Below, in pieces: positions 52,814 through 59,723 of a stretch of DNA of 64,000 nucleotides (its first letter is position 1; every line of letters starts with the position of its first letter). This DNA is from Candidatus Adlerbacteria bacterium (GTDB lineage Bacteria; Patescibacteriota; Minisyncoccia; Phycocordibacterales; SBAW01), in assembly GCA_037135035.1 (NCBI GenBank), contig JBAXLB010000001.1, positions 94,465 through 158,464 of the forward strand. Direction: 5' to 3'. Below the pieces are notes generated by a model, which did not search any database, had not been told where the DNA came from, and was given only the letters and a program-made list of their open reading frames with translations. The translations under genes were made by a program, and so were the position numbers.

Positions 52814-54082
52814 ATGGCAAAGGCTATTTTCTATTCTTGGCAATCTGATACTCCAAATAAGGTTGGCCGTTCTTTCATAAAAGATGTACTTGAAGAGGTG
52901 TGCGCGGACCTTGCCACGGATGCATCTTTGGATGAAGCTCTTCGCGATGTGGAAGTCGATAGCGACACACAAGGGATTGCAGGGCAACCTCCCATTGCTG
53001 AAACGATTTTCAAAAAAATAGATGCCGCCTCGGTCTTTGTGGCTGACCTGACCTTTACTGGAACACGTATGGACGGACGACCCGCGCCAAATCCAAATGT
53101 CCTAATTGAATATGGATGGGCTCTGAAGTCTCTTACATATTCACGTGTGATCTGCGTTATGAATACAGCCTACGGTGAGCCAAATAATGACACTTTACCG
53201 TTTGATCTCGCACATCTTCGATGGCCTATAAGATACACGTTGTTTGAAGAGTCTACTCCCCAAGAGAGAGCCGACGAAAAAAGAAAGCTGTTTAATGTGC
53301 TCAAGGAAGCGATTAGGCTGAGCATAGCGGCTGTGCCTTCGCCAACTCCGGACCCGCCGCCGGTCTTTCCAGCTGTAGTTGCAAAGGACGGACCAGCTCG
53401 ATTTCGTAGCAAAGGTGAAGCGATAGGCTTCGAAGACGGTCTCCATTACGGAGAATCTACAAAGGAAATATTTCTAACCCCAGGGCCTGCGATGTGGCTT
53501 CGGCTGATGCCGTCAACGAAACCAGAGGGAGAATGGACTCCACGGCAATTGAAAGAATTGTCCTCTCCCAGATCATTACTCATGCCACTAATTCATCCGG
53601 CAGGAGGCTATTCATATCTCAGAGCTTCTGATGGAGAAGGCATGTACCGTGCATCTGATAGTCAAACAGAAGGTTCAATAATCAACATTGCTGGGGTTAC
53701 ATTTGCTTTCAAAACTGGAGAAGTATGGGGCATCGAGACAGCGTTACTTAACTACAGTGAAAACCGTCTCTATATGACGGAAGTAGAACAGAAATTCGTC
53801 GAGGGTATCCTTACTTACTCACAATTTCTAAATGAGCTTGGCATCAACCCTCCCTATCATTGGAAGGCCGGTTTAACTGGCGTGAGAGGTCGGCAAATCG
53901 GATATGCCCCGCGGCCGGGCCATAACTGGATCCGCGATGGAGGCCCGCCCTGCGCCACTGACTTGATCGAAGCCGAGGGAGAGATACTGCCTGATCAACC
54001 GGCAACTACTGCATTACTACCATTCTTCAAAAAGGTATTCGAGGAGTGCGGAATCGAACGTCCAGACTATCTGCCACAATAA
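52814..54082 (+). CDS. TIR-like-domain protein (N-terminal ~170 aa) with a ~250-aa C-terminal domain of unknown function.
   Basis: N-terminal KAIFYSWQSDTPN...AASVFVADLTF...NVLIEYGWAL follows the (V/I)F(I/Y)S(Y/W)xxxD - hydrophobic strand - conserved-Glu pattern of TIR/DUF1863 folds. The C-terminal half is unrecognised. Confidence 0.45.
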   Translation: MAKAIFYSWQSDTPNKVGRSFIKDVLEEVCADLATDASLDEALRDVEVDSDTQGIAGQPPIAETIFKKIDAASVFVADLTFTGTRMDGRPAPNPNVLIEYGWALKSLTYSRVICVMNTAYGEPNNDTLPFDLAHLRWPIRYTLFEESTPQERADEKRKLFNVLKEAIRLSIAAVPSPTPDPPPVFPAVVAKDGPARFRSKGEAIGFEDGLHYGESTKEIFLTPGPAMWLRLMPSTKPEGEWTPRQLKELSSPRSLLMPLIHPAGGYSYLRASDGEGMYRASDSQTEGSIINIAGVTFAFKTGEVWGIETALLNYSENRLYMTEVEQKFVEGILTYSQFLNELGINPPYHWKAGLTGVRGRQIGYAPRPGHNWIRDGGPPCATDLIEAEGEILPDQPATTALLPFFKKVFEECGIERPDYLPQ

Positions 54083-54338
54083 AAACAGAATCTAATGCTG
54101 GATATCGTTTCTGTGTGGGGTAGAATGTGAGCGTAGCTCTTTAAGTTACAACAATTGAATAAAAAGGACCTAACCCGCAGTCACTGCGGCAAGGTCGACA
54201 AGTCGTATAAGGCACAAAGAACCCATCATGGGGTCGCCTTATACGCCATATCGGGAAACTGGTATGAGTGGCTTCGGCCACTACCCGTGGTGGGCTTTTT
54301 GTGACCATCACGGGATTAGCAACTAAGGCTAATTGCCA

Positions 54339-54485
54339 TGAGTGAAAGTCTCGAGGTTGGTTTAGGGGCAGGAGTTATGGGGCTCGGTATCTGGTCATTT
54401 TCAGTCGGCTACATCCTTGGTGGTATATTCTTCACCTTGTGTGGAATGCTCTTAATGTGGTTCGCAATATATGCCCGAAAATAAG
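54339..54485 (+). CDS. Unlisted 48-aa two-TM peptide. Its stop overlaps the start of the next gene (ATGCCCGAAAATAA).
   Basis: MSESLEVGLGAGVMGLGIWSFSVGYILGGIFFTLCGMLLMWFAIYARK. Preceded by a structured leader. Confidence 0.3.
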
Positions 54486-54839
54486 AGAAAGCTAAGACTT
54501 GCAGGGGTTGTAACCCTTATCGCCGGTGTCGGCGCGCTTGGAGCCCTTTTGAGCGCTTACGGGGCTCCACGGAACACAACAGCAGTTGCAGACAGCCTAC
54601 GTTGCCCGAGTCAGTATTCAACGGACGCGGAAGCAGCTGCAGCATTCAAGACATTCAGCGACGATTATTACGCGAACCACCCAAATGCCACTATGGGAGA
54701 AATGCTCCAAGCGCGAATCGATTTCTACACTACGCATCATTGCACTGAGGAGCTTCAAAGATATAAGCAAGCCGCAGCCGGCGAAGCAGATAAGGCAACA
54801 ATGGACACGATAGATGCAGCAATACAGGGAGCGCAGTGA
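54471..54839 (+). CDS. Small secreted/membrane-anchored protein (122 aa).
   Basis: N-terminal signal/TM (LAGVVTLIAGVGALGALLSAYG), translationally coupled to the upstream peptide. Confidence 0.4.
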   Translation: MPENKRKLRLAGVVTLIAGVGALGALLSAYGAPRNTTAVADSLRCPSQYSTDAEAAAAFKTFSDDYYANHPNATMGEMLQARIDFYTTHHCTEELQRYKQAAAGEADKATMDTIDAAIQGAQ

Positions 54840-54897
54840 AACTTGATTAAATCAAAAAACGCGTCTTTTGTCTCAAAATAAATCCTTTATCTACAAG

Positions 54898-55437
54898 CTA
54901 AATCATCTGTGCTCTCTTTGCGAGATCTGCGGGCAAACGCTCCAATATCCATGATGACTGAGTGCGAAGGAAGAACAACTTCCATATTCTTGAGCAACTA
55001 AAAAAATACCTCGTCCTAACTTGCCACGGCCTTTCATCTTCGAACTCGTCGTGCCTGATCATGATTACTATCTTTTCATAACCGGGTTGAAACATACTGT
55101 CCATAAAGCAGCGACGCAGAGGTACGCGACCGCGAGTCTCTAAATCTTTAGCGAGAGCCTCAATAACTTTGTCGAGGGCACCCGAAGCGGCCCATTCGTG
55201 AAGTCGTCGATGGCATGACTGAAAGGGTGGGTATCCTTCGCGCGTCAGTCTCCTCAATGTGACGCCCTTCTCCAATAGTAGAAGTACTCCATCAAGTAAC
55301 TGACGGTCAGACTGCCTTTTGCGGCCTCTGGTTTCCAAACGTTGAGGGCGTGATACGAGAGGTGCAACTAATTGCCATTGCTTGTCCGATAAATGGAAGG
55401 TCACAAATAAATTGTAGCGCCAGTCATTAAAAGACAC
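54898..55437 (-). mobile_element. IS5-family (IS427/IS1182-like) transposase remnant: OrfA-like N-terminal HTH (DUF4096) only. The DDE catalytic domain is absent.
   Basis: LSDKQWQLVAPLV...RGRKRQSDRQLLDGVL...RRLHEWAASGALDKVIEAL matches the conserved start of IS5/IS4-family OrfA. No DDE-bearing continuation in any frame. Confidence 0.55.
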
Positions 55438-55965
55438 ATTTCCATAAAGCGTTATCCACAGGTGTTGAAACTACATTCGTGCCCCCTCATCGACAAAAAC
55501 ACTCCCATCGTCTCGGTGAGAGGGGGCACGTTTGTACATATGCCATGCTGTGGACAAACTTTCTCAAACCAATGCTCTGATAACATAAGTATAGTTCTTT
55601 CTTCACTGCAAACCGATATAAATCGGAACCAAAGAAAATGCCGTTGCAAGATGCGAATAGGTGTTTGGCTCACCAGCTCAACACGCTGCTCTACTGAGTA
55701 ATCAGGGAGAGCCGCTTCTGAACAGACCTTTTACGGCATAGGGTTTGTGGTTCTGATTGGCGCCCAGACGGACTGGGTAGCTGAGGGAGAAGCCTCCAGA
55801 TTGTGCACGACTTATTGTCGCGCTCATTCTGGAGGCTTTTTGTTTGCACGAATAAGAGTTGGCTACAAAGACCCGCTTCTTGCGGGAATGGTCGAGTAGC
55901 CAACTCCCATTCTCACAGGTGGCGGATCTTTGTATTCGTCTCCATAAACAAAAAGTCTCCGCATC

Positions 55966-56277
55966 ATGCGGATTAAACAGCAATCATTGCAAGAACTAAA
56001 AAAAATAATAACGCGCGACTATGGCGCGGTTCTTAGCGATGAGGAATCCGCTGAACTTGCGCACGACCTATTACGTTTGACTCGGGTTGCCATGGCTGTG
56101 GTTGCTCGAGGTATTTCTAACAATCGGAAAGCACGGGGTAGTCAGCGAGTCCCCGAGACAACAAAACCGGCTCAAAATCGAGGTGCTCTGCTACCGCCCG
56201 AGATATTGGGCCAAAGCGGCAAACCATCCCGGGCATTGCCCGGGCGTGAGGAGGGCATCTCGAAACTGAAGTCATAA
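55966..56277 (+). CDS. Hypothetical small protein (103 aa).
   Basis: ORF only. Confidence 0.2.
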   Translation: MRIKQQSLQELKKIITRDYGAVLSDEESAELAHDLLRLTRVAMAVVARGISNNRKARGSQRVPETTKPAQNRGALLPPEILGQSGKPSRALPGREEGISKLKS

Positions 56278-56489
56278 CGGCGTGTTCGCCTCAAGGGTCC
56301 CGCCTCCATGGGCATTAACCGACCTTGAGAAAACGGTGTATCAAATCCGTCACGCGCGTTTGGTGGCTTTGTTTTCTGTACAGAGTATCTGTGGCAGTTT
56401 GATATCGATAGGTATCACGCTATGGAGGGGTATGGACTTGTTTACCACTAACGGTAGCTTGTTAGTTGTTATCAATCTAAGCAAAAAAC

Positions 56490-58235
56490 ATGAAAGCGAA
56501 TATTACATACGCTTCGTATGCACGCAAATCCTCCGAAGCAGAAGATAAACAAGCTCTCTCAATCGAGTCGCAAGCAGATGCGTTAAAGAGACTTGCGAAG
56601 AATAAAGAGGTTGATCTAAAAGAAGAAAATATTCTTGAAGAGTCGCATTCAGCAAAACAAGCGTTTGCAAGACCCGTATTCGAGCGATTGTTAAAAGAAA
56701 TCGAGTCCAGAAAGGTGCAAGGAATACTCGCGTGGCACCCAAATAGACTTTCTCGTAACGCTATCGATGCTGCACGTCTCATCCAGCTGATGGATGAAGA
56801 AAAGTTGATAGAAATACTTACACCAAGTCAAACGTTTAAGAACACCCCACAAGATAAGTTCTTCTTCCAGATGATGACGAGTCAGGCAAAAATGGAAAAT
56901 GATACCAAGGGCATCGAGGTGCGCAGGGGGTTACGTAAAAAGAATCAAATGGGTTTTCCAGGAGGGGTGGCAAAACCCGGCTACGAAAATGACTACGGCC
57001 TCAAGGGCCAGCGAAAGATAATAGTGGATCTGGAACGGTTCGAACTTGTAAAACAGATGTTTAAACTCTTTTTGTCAGGTAAATACTCTGTCCGGAAGCT
57101 GACCAAATATGCCGAGGAAGTAATGGGCTTGCGCTCAATACAGCGAACAAAAGAAGGTGGGAAGCCCCTCGCATTGTCGCGCGTTTACGCCATTCTACAA
57201 GACCCATTCTATGCTGGATTCTTTTACGGTAAAGATGAAGACCGAGAGACTGTGCGCTACGAGGTAAACGAGGCTCTGCCACGCATGATTACCGAGGAAG
57301 AGTATTGGGAAATACAGGCCATGCTGGGGCGCAAAGGGGTGCCACGGCCGACCATCAACAAGCGTATATTTCCTTACACCGGTAGAACCAAATGCGGCAC
57401 GTGTGGCGGTAGCGTTACGGCGGAGCACAAACACCAGCTCATCTGCTCGGAATGTAAGTACAAATTTGCTTATCAAAACAAGACGGTGTGCCCAACATGT
57501 GAGACAAAAATAAGCGATATGGATAACGCAGTCTACTTGCACTACATCTACTATCACTGCACCAAGAAGCGAAGTGCGGATTGTCCAGAAGGAAGTGTAC
57601 AAGAGTTTAAAATAGACGACTCCATGGCGGAGTACGCTGAAAATAACTTCACCATATCAAAGTCATTGAGCGACTGGTGCATCCAGCATCTGGATGAACT
57701 GGCAAAAAATGACAAACAGAATGAGTATGAGCGCAAAGGAACCTGGGAGCGTGAACTTGCCCAAAAGGAGAAAGAGAGCGAGGAGCTGGTGCGCATGCGT
57801 ATCAAAGGGCTTATTACCGACGATGCTGAGTTCTTTAAGCATAAGGCAACCCTTGAGGCCGACAAGAAACGAATTAAACAAGTACTCACCGATATGGGAG
57901 GTACAGATATGACAACTCTGGAGAAGGCCAAAGAGGCCTTCAGTCTCGTCGTAGGGGTAGCCGAGGTTTTCCGCAAAGGCACCTTTGATGAGAAACAAGA
58001 GGCTCTTTCAGCTCTTGGCTCGAACCTAACGCTGAAGGACAAAAAACTCAACGTTATCAACAAAGAAATCTTCTCGGTGATTACAAAAGGCCTTCTTGAG
58101 GCTAAGGCAGTAAACAAGGCGTTCGAACCTAAAAACTGTGAGGCAGATAAAGACGAAACCGAGGTCTTTACCTCGGTTCGTCCAACTATGCTCCGCGACC
58201 AGGACTCGAACCTGGAACCAACTCCTTACACGTGA
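56490..58235 (+). CDS. Large serine recombinase (resolvase/invertase N-terminal catalytic domain, recombinase domain, zinc ribbon, coiled-coil); integrase of a putative integrated element.
   Basis: Catalytic-serine region YARKSSEAEDKQALSIESQ, zinc ribbon CGTCGG...C...C, long coiled-coil C-terminus. The last ~45 nt overlap the tRNA-Asn 3' exon on the opposite strand. Confidence 0.85.
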   Translation: MKANITYASYARKSSEAEDKQALSIESQADALKRLAKNKEVDLKEENILEESHSAKQAFARPVFERLLKEIESRKVQGILAWHPNRLSRNAIDAARLIQLMDEEKLIEILTPSQTFKNTPQDKFFFQMMTSQAKMENDTKGIEVRRGLRKKNQMGFPGGVAKPGYENDYGLKGQRKIIVDLERFELVKQMFKLFLSGKYSVRKLTKYAEEVMGLRSIQRTKEGGKPLALSRVYAILQDPFYAGFFYGKDEDRETVRYEVNEALPRMITEEEYWEIQAMLGRKGVPRPTINKRIFPYTGRTKCGTCGGSVTAEHKHQLICSECKYKFAYQNKTVCPTCETKISDMDNAVYLHYIYYHCTKKRSADCPEGSVQEFKIDDSMAEYAENNFTISKSLSDWCIQHLDELAKNDKQNEYERKGTWERELAQKEKESEELVRMRIKGLITDDAEFFKHKATLEADKKRIKQVLTDMGGTDMTTLEKAKEAFSLVVGVAEVFRKGTFDEKQEALSALGSNLTLKDKKLNVINKEIFSVITKGLLEAKAVNKAFEPKNCEADKDETEVFTSVRPTMLRDQDSNLEPTPYT

Positions 58236-58484
58236 CCCCGAACTTACGTAAGGGCGTGGACTATATCATCACCCGTTCTGGGTGCGAGGCGCTTCGTCCC
58301 GAAATTCGGGACTACTTCCGTTTGGAATAGTCTCTGAACCTTTCCCCAGAGTGGGGACTTGGCTGCTGATTGCCCTTCTCAAATGAGAATAGGGTTTCCA
58401 GACAATTCACCTCGTTTGCAACCCACATTCCTGTGGGAGGCTGCCTATCGACAGGGAGCTGCTCTACCATTGAGCTATCGCGGA
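58191..58484 (-). tRNA. tRNA-Asn(GUU) interrupted by a 222-nt group I intron in the anticodon loop. Exon 1 is 58451-58484, intron 58229-58450, exon 2 58191-58228.
   Basis: Exons assemble to UCCGCGA-UA-GCUCAAUGGUAGAGC-A-GCUCC-CUGU|UAA-GGAGU-UGGUU-CCAGGUUCGAGUCCUGG-UCGCGGA-G. This has a perfect 7-bp acceptor stem, G73 discriminator and a CUGUUAA loop, and closely resembles B. subtilis tRNA-Asn. Splicing after U33 would instead give Thr(UGU), judged less likely. Confidence 0.65.
58229..58450 (-). other. Group I self-splicing intron (tRNA anticodon-loop type).
   Basis: Conserved core elements on the minus strand: P-like GAAUUGUCUGGAAAC, Q-like AAUCAGCAGCC, R GUUCAGAGACUA (plus 58328-58339), S GAUAUAGUCC (plus 58258-58267). 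The P1 exon sequence CUGU pairs with intronic GCAG with a U.G at the splice site. The intron ends in G. Confidence 0.75.
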
Positions 58485-58601
58485 ATATACTATCCTACAA
58501 AACCAAATCGGAATTGAAGAATACCGCTCTAATATAGCAAAAAATGCTTAATTGGAAAGGCCTCACAGAGTCTTTAGGTGGGCAGCTGATATACTGGGGG
58601 A

Positions 58602-58865
58602 ATGAAGAAGACTCCTGAGAAACCAAAAAATATAGAGCGAAGTTCTATAACTGTAAAGGCTCGCGTTGTTGCCGATGCCTCGCGTGAATTGGTCGTTGAG
58701 AAAGAAAAGGGTTTAATGGTTTCGGTGAAAGAGCCGGCAGAGATGAACCGTGCAAACAATCGTGTCCGTATATTACTAGCGAAGAAGTATGGAGTCCCGC
58801 TCAAAAAAGTATTGCTTGTGCGAGGCCATCATGCTCCATCTAAAACATTTTCTATTCTTTTATGA
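58602..58865 (+). CDS. DUF167 (YggU-like) family protein.
   Basis: ITVKARVVADASRE...VSVKEPAEMNRANNRVRILLAKKYGVPLKKVLLVRGHHAPSKTFSI matches the DUF167 pattern. Confidence 0.55.
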   Translation: MKKTPEKPKNIERSSITVKARVVADASRELVVEKEKGLMVSVKEPAEMNRANNRVRILLAKKYGVPLKKVLLVRGHHAPSKTFSILL

Positions 58866-59227
58866 ACTACAACCTCAAAGGTACCAATGTGGCAATTACT
58901 GACGAAATTAGGCGCTATGTGGAAAAGGGTCTAAACACGCTCGACAAACTTGTAAAAAGCGAAGGCAAGCCGCGTGTAGATGTCGAGTTGGAATATAAGG
59001 AAGGTGAGGCAAAAATGTACCGCGCCGAATTGATGTTGCATGCGCCGGGTACAACTGAGCCACTACGTGCCGAAGCGGAGCGGGGGACATTGCATGAAGC
59101 GATGGATGCCGCAGCAAGCGAGTTGCTACACGAGTTAACCAAAACAAAAAAGAAGCGCATGCGTGTATTTCGCCACAGTGCCGTGCGTGTAAAAGAATAT
59201 TTGCGTGGTTGGAGGGATAAGTTTTAA
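58862..59227 (+). CDS. hpf: Ribosome hibernation promoting factor / RaiA family protein.
   Basis: MNYNLKGTNVAITDEIRRYVEKGL...RAELMLHAPG typical of HPF/YfiA. 4-bp start-stop overlap with the upstream gene. Confidence 0.85.
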   Translation: MNYNLKGTNVAITDEIRRYVEKGLNTLDKLVKSEGKPRVDVELEYKEGEAKMYRAELMLHAPGTTEPLRAEAERGTLHEAMDAAASELLHELTKTKKKRMRVFRHSAVRVKEYLRGWRDKF

Positions 59228-59235
59228 ACTACGGG

Positions 59236-59676
59236 GTGATGGATAAAAATAAAATATCGTATATCGGCGTTAAGGGCTTGATTGTACACAGCGACGGCAA
59301 GGTACTTATCACCCAAGAGCCGACGCATTTTGTTGGCGGCGGTAAATGGGAATTGCCGGGCGGGAAAATTGCCGTGGGCGAAGAAGAGGTTCCGCTCGAA
59401 GAAATTTTACAGCGGGAGATCCGCGAAGAACTTGGTGAGAGTTTTAACGTGACCGTCGGTCCGCTGATAGACATTATGCGCAGGCCGTGGAACAAACCTG
59501 GAGCTTCGGCAGACCAGGTTATGCTTGCCGTGTTTGAATGTCCGTATGTCGGCGGCGACATTACGTTAAGTGAGGAAAATAATAACCACGCGTGGGTCAC
59601 TGCAGCCGAACTGGAGCAGTATGAATTTATCCCAGGATACCTTCCCGTGCTGCAAAAATATTTTACTAAAAAATAG
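59236..59676 (+). CDS. Nudix hydrolase.
   Basis: Nudix box GGKIAVGEEEVPLEEILQREIREELGE. Confidence 0.8.
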   Translation: MMDKNKISYIGVKGLIVHSDGKVLITQEPTHFVGGGKWELPGGKIAVGEEEVPLEEILQREIREELGESFNVTVGPLIDIMRRPWNKPGASADQVMLAVFECPYVGGDITLSEENNNHAWVTAAELEQYEFIPGYLPVLQKYFTKK

Positions 59677-59723
59677 AAAGAGCTAGATGTCTAGGCTCCA
59701 GATTATTTGTTACTATTGCAGGT

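Noticed and set aside
57554-58117. 187-aa minus-strand ORF inside the serine recombinase gene
   Set aside because: Antisense to a gene with clear catalytic motifs. No independent support.
58191-58484. Alternative reading of the split tRNA as tRNA-Thr(UGU), spliced after U33
   Set aside because: It gives a valid 7-nt loop (CUUGUAA) but lacks the U.G pair in P1 and conflicts with the G73 discriminator and the UCCGC acceptor typical of bacterial tRNA-Asn. It is kept only as a less likely alternative.
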